Assembly (NCBI RefSeq): GCF_009914755.1
Contig: NC_060927.1
DNA from: the human T2T-CHM13v2.0 reference genome, Homo sapiens
Direction: 5' to 3' (one strand)
Length of the DNA stretch: 64,000 bases
This document shows, piece after piece, positions 14,430-30,726 of the stretch. The translations under genes and the position numbers were made by a program. A model generated the notes under the pieces. That model ran no database searches and was not told where the DNA came from. It saw only the letters and a program-made list of their open reading frames with translations. Each line of letters starts with the position of its first letter. Position 1 is the first letter of the stretch.

Positions 14430-15050
14430 AATTTATCCCTAATCTGTTACTACTTCCTACTTTGTGTGCTAAGATTACCAGGCTCCAAACCATGCTTGCC
14501 TTCCCTGGCACACAGCCAGAGCCTTCTGACTGGCCACCTGCCTCTCTTCTTGTCCCCTTCAGCCTCTTCTTTACACAGCAGCTGAAATGATTTTCTAAAA
14601 AATATAAATCAGATCACATCATTTCCTTCTTTTCAGCCCTCTACTGGTTTTGCTCATAATTAAAATCTAAAATCTTTGCCATGGCTGGCAAGGCCACATA
14701 TGGAATCCATCTACCACTTCTTTCTCCTCCCTACACTGGCCTCTATCAAGCACATTCCCAACTCAGACCCTCAGGTCTTGCTGCTTCCAGCTAAAAGGCT
14801 AGACCCCCAAATATTCAGATGTTTTTCCTCCTTCACTTTATTCAGGTATGTCCTCAAATGTCACCTCATCACAAAGGATTATTTGACCACCCTATCTAAA
14901 AAATAACCCAAAACTCTTTATCAAATGCATGCAGATTTACTTTCCTTATATCATTTAACTCCACTCGACATTATATGATGTAGTTAGATGTATATCTGTT
15001 CATTCTGTATATCCCCTACTAGAATGTAACTTCAATGAAGATGAGAAGAA
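14430..15050 (+). mobile_element. L2 fragment
   Basis: AAATCAGATCACATCATTTCC...CTCAAATGTCACCTC...CCCCTACTAGAATGTAA, an L2 3' region. Confidence 0.7.
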
Positions 15051-15115
15051 GCAAAGATAAAAAAGTGCATCCCAACCAGACAGAAAAACATACTATGACT
15101 GTGAACTACACCCAT

Positions 15116-15466
15116 TGATATGGTTTGGTTGTGTGCCCACCTAAATCTCATCTTGAATTGTAACTCTTATAATTCCCACATGTCAAAGGCAGGGCTAGGT
15201 GGAGATAATTGAATCATGGGGGCACTTCCACCCATACTGTTCTCGTGGTAGTAATTAAGTTTCACAATATTTGATGGTTTTATAAATGGGAGTTCCCCTG
15301 CGCAAGCTCTCTTGCCTGCAGCCATGTAAGACATGCCTTTCTCCTCCTTTGCCTTGCACCATGATTGTGAGGCTTCCCCAGCCAGGTGAAACTGTGAGTC
15401 CATTAAACCTCTTTTTCTTTATAAATTAGCCAGTCTTTACTAGCAGTGTGAGAACTGACTAATACA
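15116..15466 (+). mobile_element. THE1 (C/D-like) solo LTR
   Basis: TGATATGGTTTGG...ACTAATACA termini; exact 5-bp TSD CCCAT at 15111-15115 and 15467-15471. Confidence 0.93.
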
Positions 15467-16930
15467 CCCATAGTTGAGAAAACAGCATCTACCTGACTTT
15501 GGTTAAATTCATTCAACTCAGCAAACATTTACTAAACTCTTATTAGATAAGAAATTCCAGAAACATAGGTCCCAGTGTCTATCTGTTATATAGTTTAGAG
15601 ACAAAAACTTGCATATAATTTGGGAGGCAAGACATGAAATATAAACTACTGAAATGACAACTAAAAAGAGTTAATGATCAAAAGCCAACATGAGTAGGGC
15701 AGGCAATAAGTGTCAGAGAGTTCTGAGGAGGAGAGATTTGTGTAGGCTGAGAGGGTGAAGGAATGGTTCAAAAAGAAGGCTGGAGAAGATCTGGGAAAGG
15801 AAACCAGGAGGAAGAAGGCATTTGGGGTGAGAGCACAGCAGGGGCAGACACATAGATTATACCAGTGTTCCCCAAACATCAAAGCATGGAACCTTGGTGT
15901 TACATGGTCCACTGACAGGACAAACCAAAGAATAATAAAGTTATATCTCTTTCCATTTGATTTTAATCTTTCTAATACATGCAATGAAAAAGTATTAATT
16001 CAGCATTAATTGTTAAACACCTTAGTAACACTTGCCAATCTGAATGGCATTATTTTACTTTTTATTTTTTGTACTTCTCTTTAAACTTTTACTCCCTATT
16101 TATGATAAGGGCTTTTATTTATGGAATAACATATAATTTTATTCATATGTAAACTTCTATGGGTAAAAAAAAGGGAGTTGCTTTAATGGCAGTCAATCAT
16201 GGACTAAATATCTGGGTCACTACCTACCCAGACACAAAGCAGAGTCAACCTTTAAAGTAAGCAAAGAGGGCTCAGTGGAAAAGAGAAGAAAGTTAAGCTC
16301 TTGTCAAGATGATGCAGGGGGCCTCATGTCAGGCTAAGGATTCTGGAAAATATTCTGTAGGACTGTGGTTTCCCAATTTGCAACAAGGTCAAATTCCTTG
16401 AAAACACACGCGTTATATTTGAGTGTGGCATGCTTCTTATTTTCAAGACAGCAAGAAATATGGCAATCTTCAATTCCATTATACCATTTCATTATACAAA
16501 CTTAAACACAAAGTGGAAAGAAGTAAATACAACTTTATACTATATGTGAATTACAAAAGCACAATCACAACCACAGTTTTTTTTTTTTTTTAAAGCTGTC
16601 TATATCTATTATGATATGGGCAAGAAACAGATGACTCACAAAATACTCAAATAGGGTAATCTGCAGAAATGCTTAGAAAGTGTATTCATGGTGTGGAGAA
16701 ACCAAGGATTAATGCAATACCCAGGGACAAGGCGGGAGCCTACTTATAGAGTTCACAGAGAACTGCCCAAGCAAAGAGCAAAGCAGAGAGTGGGTAGGAA
16801 AGGATAAATTGAAGATAACCAATATACAAACAAGGCTATTTTCACATATTTCAAATACTTACCAGGTCTTCGAATACTTTACCTGTCTAATCACGAGCTG
16901 TATATTTTTTATAGGGAATAAGAGTGCATA

Positions 16931-17410
<480 letters not shown>

Positions 17411-20404
17411 TATGCATGCTTTGGGAAAATGGGGGAGGGTCATGTGAGCTGCCAAAATAGTGAAGAGAAATTTATGAGAGAAAAGCTTAAGATTGCAGAA
17501 ATTATCAATTTAAATTGCATTAGCTTAGTATTTCATATGAGTTGTCCAAAACATCCCATATTATTCAACTATTCCATTTCATTGATAAAATACTTCAAAG
17601 GCATACAAAGAAGGAAAATAGTCTAGATCGGTAGAGGCAGGTGGGGTTATAGTGGTGGTGATCAGTGGTAGTGACAGGGAATAGGCAGTAAAGGCCTCCT
17701 TCAGAAGGTAATATTTAAAATAAGACCAACTGAAACATAAAAGGAGTTAACTAAGTGAGGTGAAAAGTGCCCCAAGCAGAGGAAACCCAACATGCCAAGG
17801 ACCTGGGGAAGAGGAAACCTCCTGGATTCAACATATTCCACGATCAACATGTGGAAGAGTAAACAAGGCGTGGGGAGAACTGCAGCTGGAGCGGTAGAAC
17901 CTTTTCAGTCATGTTTAAAGAATTTAAATTACATTTATCCCAAGGGTAATGAGAAGCCTTTGAAAGACTTTCAAGCAGGAAAAAGGCATGATCCCATGAT
18001 CGGATTATCATCATTAGAAAACCACTACTAAAGAGAACAGGGAGGCATTAGAGAGTTTTGAGTTAAGGACTGAACAAGAAAAATAATGTTTCAAATTTCA
18101 TTTTTATTATTTTATTGTTTACAAAAATTGTAAACTGCCGCAGACGATTTCTCTGAGGGCTAACTGTATAAGTATAGGTTCATTTGGTAACTCACTCATT
18201 CCGTAAGATATTTATTAAGCACCTAATGCATACACCGGAACTGTGCATAGATAGGGGACGGAGGAGAAAACTCACAAATAAGCAGTCTAAAAAGTGCTAA
18301 GACTTGAAAGGCAAACGACACTTCTGAGTGGTGGGTAAAATTCCAAAGGTGGACCAGGCAGTGTCTTTGCTAAAACATTTTTCGGTATGGCTGAACCATA
18401 AAATGCATGGGCCGTATTGAACCACTCCTTTCACAAGAATTTACTGAGCACTGACTATATGCTGGTATTGTATAGCTTTGGTGACATGGTGGTGTATGAG
18501 AAATCACTTAAAATATAATAGCAATAACTTTTTTATTGTAAATAAGGCTGGGTTGATTATCAAGAGTGCATGAGAAAGAAAAACAGAGAAGTGAAGAACA
18601 GTGCCTTCACTTAAGGAGGGTTCGAATGGCAATAAAATACTTTTAATTAAAACTTCTCTGCTGAGAATAGACAGCCTTTGAAAGCTTGTGTAAACATAAA
18701 TGAACTACATGTAAATATATTCATGATATTATAGCTTTTTAAATAACATTATAACTTTTAAAATGTCAAATCCTTTGAATATGAAATGCCATCCCCTCTC
18801 CCCAAAAACATGACCACCATGAATTATCCAGTTGATCTTAAATCAAAAGCCACTTACTTAAAAGTGAAATGTTCATTCCTTACACTTACTAGAAAACTGC
18901 TTCAAATATGATCAGACCTTCCCTTTGTCTTCAGAGAATTCCGCTGCTGAAACAGACCCAACAAGCCAGCCAAGGTCCATCTGGGGCAGCTTAGGGAAGG
19001 GGCAAGACATGTTCCCTGCCCAACACTATCTTTTCCAACTTAGCCCCTGATCATGCCAAGACATCACAGTGTAATAATAGTAATTTAATAATGTAGTCGG
19101 CCAGGCTCTGCCCACAGTAGAAAGCATGAGAAAATAAATGAGGCTTGAAAGCTAAACAGAGAGAAACTTCTCCAGGCACTGCCTGCAGCAGGGAGATACC
19201 TGGTAATGAAATACCCACTGATCTCCATTCATTACACAGGAGGCAAACCTTAAAAGAGAGTCTAGAAAGGTGGATCTCTCAAAATAGAAATAAATAAATA
19301 AGCTCACCTGCCATGGTGGGGTCTCTGAAAATGACTTGGAAGGACTGCCTATAGAATTTTTGTGGGGATGCAGCAAAGTTTTGTCAGATGTCAAGGGAGG
19401 TAATTATTCCCGACTTGCTTGGGCACATTTGCTGGATAAATTGGCCTCTTTACCTTCATCTCCCCATGCGGGCACCAGATAAAGAAACCGTGTTTAAACT
19501 CTACAGTGTTCTCTCTTGCTTTTACCATGAAAAAGAAATAAAAATGCATCCTGGGTGCTTGGCAAATCAGCCCAGTGTCAGATGGGGACCCATTATCTTT
19601 GACCTTCACATATGTGCCCCTTGGGACTCACAGAAAATCCTCAAAAACTCTTTTGGGTAAAGATATATGATGTCTAGGAGGTACCCACCTTCAGGAGAAA
19701 GAAATTGCCTTTGCAATATAAAAGTTGCAAAAGTTGAAGTTAGTGATTTCTTTATTTTTTATTTCCATTTTTGTCTATCTGCTCAAATTTTTAAAATTTA
19801 CCTACAAATGCTGGAAGCCTTGTTTACTCAACCATGTTATCAACATGTTAAGCTATCAGCCATTTCTCTCCCTTCCCTGCTTTCCTCTCCAATCACCAAG
19901 ACAACACTAACATTTCTCCATCTTACCTTCTTTAAAGAAAAATTCTGACAGTTAACTGTCTGCCATCTACTACCACTTCCAGAACCAGTAATGAAATGTC
20001 AGAGGAGGAACAGTTAATTAAAATTGTGGAATCCTACTTTGCATCCTCTCACAGTCAATACATGTACAATTAGAGATGCCTTTCAGCATGTGGTATAACT
20101 AGTATAAGTTAAACTTTGAATAACACTTGATCATTAAAAATAAAAAATCATTAATGTTAAGCAAATACGCAGTAAACATCTTGCTTCATTGGCCATAAAA
20201 CTCCTTTAGCTCAGCTCAACTAGTGTGGTAGATTTAATATTGGGATTCACTTAGATGGTGCTTTTTAGTAAGAAACCAAGGAACATGTCTACAATCTGCA
20301 AGTGGTTTATGGGAATAAAAACTGTGCCTAATTATCCCACATGGGTTTACCTAAGTTGTCATTTTTTTACAAAATTTCTCAAGTTTCTCCACAAACGTTT
20401 AGGG

Positions 20405-20670
20405 AAGAAATGACATAGAATGGTGGTTAAGGGTTCAGACTCTGGAGTCAAATGTTGTGTGTGTTTCATCCCTGCCTCTGCTACTTGCTAAACATGACAC
20501 TGCCATAACCATTTTTCTTCATTTCTCAGAGCCTCCATTTCCCTGTAGGTAATATGAAGAAAACACTATTCATTCACAGGGCTACTGTGAGGATGAAATG
20601 AGATAATGTACACAAAGCATTTTAAATAGTGACCAGAACCTTGTAAAGATTAAGTAAATGCAAGCTGGTC
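20405..20670 (+). mobile_element. MIR
   Basis: TGGTGGTTAAGGGTTCAGACTCTGGAGTCA...GTGAGGATGAAATGAGATAATGTACACAAAGC. Confidence 0.8.
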
Positions 20671-21099
20671 CTCCTAATTGATACCTTATTCATTCAATAA
20701 TTATACTTCCTAAAAGAGTCTGGTAATTATGTATTTAAAACATATTCACGAGGTGGAGCCAAGATGGCCGAATAGGAACAGCTCCAGTCTACAGCTCCCA
20801 GAGTAAGCAATGCAGAAGACGGGTGATTTCTGCATTTCCAACTGAGGTACCAGGTTCATCTCACTGGGGAGTGTCGGACAGTGGGTGCAGGATAGTGGGT
20901 GCAGCACACTGAGCATGAGCCAAAGCAGGGCAAGGCATCATCTCACCCGAGAAGCACAAGGGGTCAGAGAATTCCCTTTCCTAGTCAAAGAAAGGGGTGA
21001 CAGACGGCACCTGGAAAATCGGGTCACTCCCACCCTAATACTGTGCTTTTCCAATGGTCTTAGCAAACGGCACATCAGGAGATTATATCCTGCACCTGG

Positions 21100-21201
21100 C
21101 TAGGAGGGTCCTACGCCCATGGAGCCTCCCTCATTGCTAGGAAAGCAGCCTGAGATCAAAGTGTAAGGCGGCAGCGAGGCTTGGGGAGGGGCCCCTGCCA
21201 T
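21100..21201 (-). pseudogene. L1 ORF0 remnant (33 codons, premature stop)
   Basis: MAGAPPQASLPPYTLISGCFPSNEGGSMGVGPS* matches the N-terminus of primate L1 antisense ORF0. Confidence 0.8.
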
Positions 21202-21776
21202 TGCCGAGGCTTGAGTAGGTAAACAAAGCGGCCTGGAAGCTCGAACTCGGTGGAGCCCACCACAGCTCAAGGAGGCCTGCCTGCCTCTGTAGACTCCACC
21301 TCTGGGGGCAGGGCATAGACAAACAAAAGGCAGCAAAAACCTCTGCAGACTTAAATGTCCCTGTCTGACAGCTTTGAAGAGAGTAGTGATTCTCCCAGCA
21401 TGCAGCTTGAGATCTAAGAACGGACAAAATGCCTCCTCAAGTGGGTCCCTGACCCCCGAGTAGCCTAACTGGCAGGCACCCCCCAGTAGGGGCAGACTGA
21501 CACCTCACACGGCCGGGTACTCTTCTGAGACAAAACTTCCAGAGGAACAATCAGTCAGGAACATTTGCTGTTCACCAATATCCGCTGTTCTGCAGCCTCT
21601 GCTGGTGAAACACAGGCAAACAGGGTCTAGAGTGGGCCTGCAGCAAACTCTAACAGACCTGCAGCTGAGAGTCCTGACTGTTAGAAGGAAAACTAACAAA
21701 CAGAAAGGACATCCACACCAAAACCCCATCTGTACGTCACCATCATCAAAGACCAAAGGTAGATAAAACCACAAAG

Positions 21777-22795
21777 ATGGGGAAAAAACAGAGCAGAAAA
21801 ACTGGAAACTCTAAAAATCAGAGCGCCTCTCCTCCTCGAAAGGAACGCAGCTCCTCACAAGCAACGGAACAAAGCTGGACGGAGAATGACTTTGACGAGT
21901 TGAGAGAAGAAGGCTTCAGACGATCAAACTACTCCGACCTAAAGGAGGAAGTTTGAACCCATGGCAAAGAAGTAAAAAACCTTGAAAAAAAAATTAGACG
22001 AATGGCTAACTAGAATAACCAATGCAGAGAAGTCCTTAAAGGACCTGATGGAGCTGAAAACCACGGCACCAGAACTACGTGACGAATACACAAGTCTCAG
22101 TAGCCGATTCGATCAACTGGAAGAAAGGGTATCAGTGATGGAAGATCAAAAGAATGAAATGAAGCAAGAAGGGAAGTTTAGAGAAAAAAGAATAAAAAGA
22201 AATGAACAAAGCCTACAAGAAATATGGGACTATGTGAAAAGACCAAATCTACATCTGACTGATGTACCTGAAAGTGACGGGGAGAATGGAACCAACTTGC
22301 AAAACACTCTGCAAGATATTATCCAGGAGAACTTCCCCAATCTAGCAAGGACGGCCAACATTCAAATTCAGGAAATACAGAGAACACCACAAAGATACTC
22401 CTCGAGAAGAGCAACTCCAAGACACATAATTGTCAGATTCAACAAAGTTGAAATGAAGGAAAAAATGTTAATGGCAGCCAGAGAGAAAGGTCGGGTTACC
22501 CACAAAGGGAAGCCCATTCAGACTAACAGCAGATCTCTCAGCAGAAACCCTAGAAGCCAGAAGAGAGTGGAGGCCAATATTCAACATTCTTAAAGAAAAG
22601 AATTTTCAACCCAGAATTTCATATCTAGCCAAACTAAGCTTCATAAGTGAAGGAGAAATAAAATACTTAACAGACAAGCAAATGCTGAGAGATTTTGTCA
22701 CCACCAGGCCTGCCTTACAAGAGCTCCTGAAGGAAGCACTAAACATGGAAAGGAACAACTGGTACCAGCCACTGCAGAAATATACCAAATTGTAA
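21777..22795 (+). pseudogene. L1 ORF1p, disrupted
   Basis: ATGGGGAAAAAACAG start; in-frame TGA at 21954-21956; frameshifts; ORF-track fragment ...EQSLQEIWDYVKRPNL... Confidence 0.93.
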
Positions 22796-23826
22796 AGCCC
22801 ATCGAGGCTAGGAAGAAACTGCATCAACTAATGAGCAAAATAACCAGCTAACATCATAATGACAGGATCAAATTCACACATAACAATATTAACCTTAAAT
22901 GTAAATGGGCTAAATGCTCCAATTAAAAGACACAGACTGGCAAATTGGATAAAGAGTCAAGACCCATCAGTGTGCTGTATTCAGACCCATCTCACATGCA
23001 GAGACACACATAGGCTCAAAATAAATGGATGGAAGAAGATCTACCAAGCAAATGGAAAACAAAAAAAGCAGGGGTTGCAATCCTAGTCTCTGATAAACAG
23101 ACTTTAAACCAACAAAGATCAAAAGAGACAAAGAAGGCCATTACATAATGGTAAAGGGATCAATTCAACAAGAAAAGCTAACTACCCTAAATATATATGC
23201 ACCCAATACAGGAGCACCCAGATTCATAAAGCAAGTCCTTAGAGACCTACAAAGAGACTTAGACTCCCACACAATAATAATGGGAGACTTTAACAACCCA
23301 CTGTCAACATTAGACAGATCAACGAGACAGAAAGTTAACAAGGATATCCAGGAATTGAACTCAGCTCTGCACCAAGTGGACCTAACAGACATCTACAGAA
23401 CTCTCCACCCCAAATCAACAGAATATACATTCTTTTCAGCACCACACCACACCTATTCCAAAATTGACTACATAGTTGGAAGTAAAGCACTCCTCAGCAA
23501 ATGTAAAATAACAGAAATTATAACAAACTATCTCTCAGATCACAGTGCAATCAAACTAGAACTCAGGATTAAGAAACTCACTCGAAACCACACAACTACA
23601 TGGAAACTGAACAACCTGCTCCTGAATGACTACTGGGTACGTCGCGAAATGAAGACAGAAATAAAGACGTTCTTTGAAACCAATGAGAACAAAGACACAA
23701 CATACCAGAATCTGTGGGACACATTCAAAGCAGTGTGTAGAGGGAAATTTATAGCACTAAATGCCCACAAGAGAAATCAGGAAAGATCTAAAATTGACAC
23801 TCTAACATCACAATTAAAAGAACTAG

Positions 23827-26360
<2,534 letters not shown>

Positions 26361-26363
26361 TGA

Positions 26364-27461
<1,098 letters not shown>

Positions 27462-27464
27462 TAG

Positions 27465-27761
<297 letters not shown>

Positions 27762-29489
27762 TGAAGCCAAAAGACACATGAAAAAATGCTCATCATCACT
27801 GGCCATCAGAGACATGCAAATCAAAACCACAATGAGATACCATCTCACACCAGTTAGAATGGCGATCATTAAAAAGTCAGGAAACAACAGGTGCTGGAGA
27901 GGATGTGGAGAAATAGGAACACTTTTACACTGTTGGTGGGACTGTAAACTAGTTCAACCATTGTGGAAGTCAGTGTGGTGATTCCTCAAGGATCTAGAAC
28001 TAGAAATACCATTTGACCCAGCCATCCCATTACTGGGTATATACCCAAAGATTATGAATCATGCTGCTATAAAGACACATGCACACGTGTGTTTATTGCG
28101 GCACTATTTACAATAGCAAAGACTTGGAACCGACCCAAATGTCCAACAATGATAGACTGGATTAAGAAAATGTGGCACATATACACCATGGAATACTATG
28201 CAGCCATAAAAATTGATGAGTTCATGTCCTTTGTAGGGACATGGATGAAGCTGGAAACCATCATTCTCAGCAAACTATCGCAAGGAGAAAAAACCAAACA
28301 CTGCATGTTGTCACTCATAGCTGGGAATTGAACAATGAGAACACATGGACACAGGAAGGGGAACATCAAACACCGGGGCCTGTTGTGGGGTGGGGGGAGT
28401 GGGGAGGGATAGCGTTAGGAGATATACCTAATGCTAAATGATGAGTTAATGGGTGCAGCACACCAACATGGCACATGTATACATATGTAACAAACCTGCA
28501 CGTTGTGCACATGTACCCTAAAACTTACAGTATAATTTAAAAAAATAATAAAAATAAAACATATTCACATATTTACGTATTCATGTATTTAAAATATATT
28601 CATTTATTTTACACTATGTGCAACTCATTTTTCTACTTAAGAATTAGAGAGATGACATTTCGGAGGCCCCTAATTCCAAATGCTGCCGCCTGTTTTTAGT
28701 ACAGATCTGTGTTAAGCAAAGGAAAATGAAGCGGTCAAATCGCCTCAGAAGCTTCCGGCTTCCACCCCTGTTTGTAAACGAAACTCCATATTAGTCAAAC
28801 TACACTCCCCAGGGAGCACCTGTAAAAGTCCCTGATTTACAGAAGTATTTACTTTAGGGTATGGAGTTTGTTTTTTCAGGTTTATCTCTGGGAGAGCTTG
28901 GTGAAGCTGACAGTCCAGCAATTTTATTAAACTGTTCAATTTCAGCATTTTTTAAAGAGCATATATAAAGAACACCGGCAGTAGCTATTTAAATTTCCCA
29001 GTGGATGCTAGAAATAATAAAAGGACACTTAAATGACCATTTTTGAGCAGAGCCAACAGCATGTGTCCTAATTATCCAACTATGTGAAAAATTCTGTGGA
29101 TTTTTACCAGAGCACAAGGGTGTGATATGCACAATTCAGAACACTAACGGCTACCTCACTAGGGTGTAGAGAACTTTTCAAGTCTAAATATAAGGTCCCA
29201 GTCTGCCAGGGTAAGTTTTTCTGCTACTTTCCCTCTTGATGAACTTGTTAGACATGATAAATGGACAACATGGTAAGAAGTTGATATGGTCCACTGATAA
29301 GCCTCTGATGAAGAACAAGTAAATAAAAAACCGTTGTGCTAAGTGCTCTCCTTCATTTATTCTCACGATCACATTCTGAGGTAGGTATTACTATGCACAT
29401 TTTACAGGTCAGGAAAGCAAAGCTCACACAGGATAAGTGCCTTATCCTACAGTTTAAGTATCCAAGCTGGTGTTCTGATTTTCCTCCAC

Positions 29490-29980
29490 TCACCTCTTCC
29501 TATCTCTTCTCCACCCACCTCTTCCTATCTCTTCTCCACCCTTCTCTGCGCTGCTGGTGGTCTCTTCCTTACTGATCTCTACAGACTCATCTCCCGTGCC
29601 CTTTGGTTTCTATAGGGCTAAGACAATGGCAGGCAGCATTAAGGGATCAGAGAATTGGAGGAAAGAGTCTGGGGGTATCTATTCCCCATTTCCTCTCTCC
29701 TCCCCTCACACTGCACAACTGAGACTTTTGACAAGTGCCCACATTTTTCTAGCTTTGACTATAATTTCTGTCAGTGGCCCTTTTTCCCTAGTTCCTAGCT
29801 AGGGCTCTCATTGGATTCTTGTAATTCTGTTCTCTGTCTTTGCTCCTTCAGACTTTCCATAGTTGCTTCACCATCTTTTTTGGTTCCCTTAAATCTACCC
29901 ACACCTCTGTCAATCTTCTGTTCATTAAACTCTCTTCCAACCTCTCAGTTTTGGTGTCATCCACTTTCTGCTGGAGAAAG
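29490..29980 (+). mobile_element. LTR33-like ERVL LTR
   Basis: GATCAGAGAATTGGAGGAAAGAGTCTGGGGGTATCTATTCCCC and TTCATTAAACTCTCTTCC resemble LTR33. Confidence 0.6.
29491..29540. repeat. Perfect 25-bp tandem duplication
   Basis: CACCTCTTCCTATCTCTTCTCCACC x2. Confidence 0.95.
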
Positions 29981-30414
29981 GAGGGTAGCCCCTAGCAGTT
30001 GGTACCTCCTTCTCTCTAGCTTCCCTTTCATCTACCCACAACCAACCACTCACCCTTCCCTTGTAGCCAGTCACACCACAAGCAAGTCTGTGACTCAGCA
30101 AACTGGCTTCCAGAAACAAACCCTAGGAGCATAATTGAAGATGAACCCAAAGATACAGTTATAAGTATGCTCGTGGAGAATTTGTAATTTTTTAAAAAAT
30201 GGTAGTTATCTAAGAGGACTTGATTAATCAATGAAGGGACATTCATAAAATGAAAAATTATAAATGATTAAAAATAATACCATAACTTATATTTCATGAC
30301 ATGAACATATTCTCAATATATTAACTTCAAAAGGGAAGATACAAAGTTGTGTGTAGAATAACTCAGTTTTTCTTTGTAAAAATTTTGTATACATGAGGAG
30401 AAAATGGTCCAAAA

Positions 30415-30726
30415 GAGACCATCCAATAGAAATACAGTACAAGGCACATAAGTAATGTTAGTGTCAGTAGTTACGTTTTAAAAAGTTAAAAGAAACCAGT
30501 GAAATTCATTTAGTGATATATTTTAGTCCCACATATGCAAAATAACATTTAATCATGTAAGCAACAGAAATTAATAATGTGATATATTGAATTCTTCTTT
30601 TGCATATGAAGTCTTAGAACTCCGGTGTGTAGTTGACACTCAGAGCACATGTCAACTCAGTCTTGCTACATTTTAAAAGCTCAAGAGCCACATGAGGATA
30701 GTGACTACCAGATTGGACAGCTCAGG
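30415..30726. mobile_element. MER33-like hAT MITE
   Basis: TCCAATAGAAATAC...AAAAGAAACCAGTGAAATT...GCCACATGAGGATAGTGACTACCAGATTGGACAGC. Confidence 0.75.

Noticed and set aside
28385-28410. G-quadruplex-forming run
   Set aside because: Standard G-rich tract of the L1PA 3' UTR.
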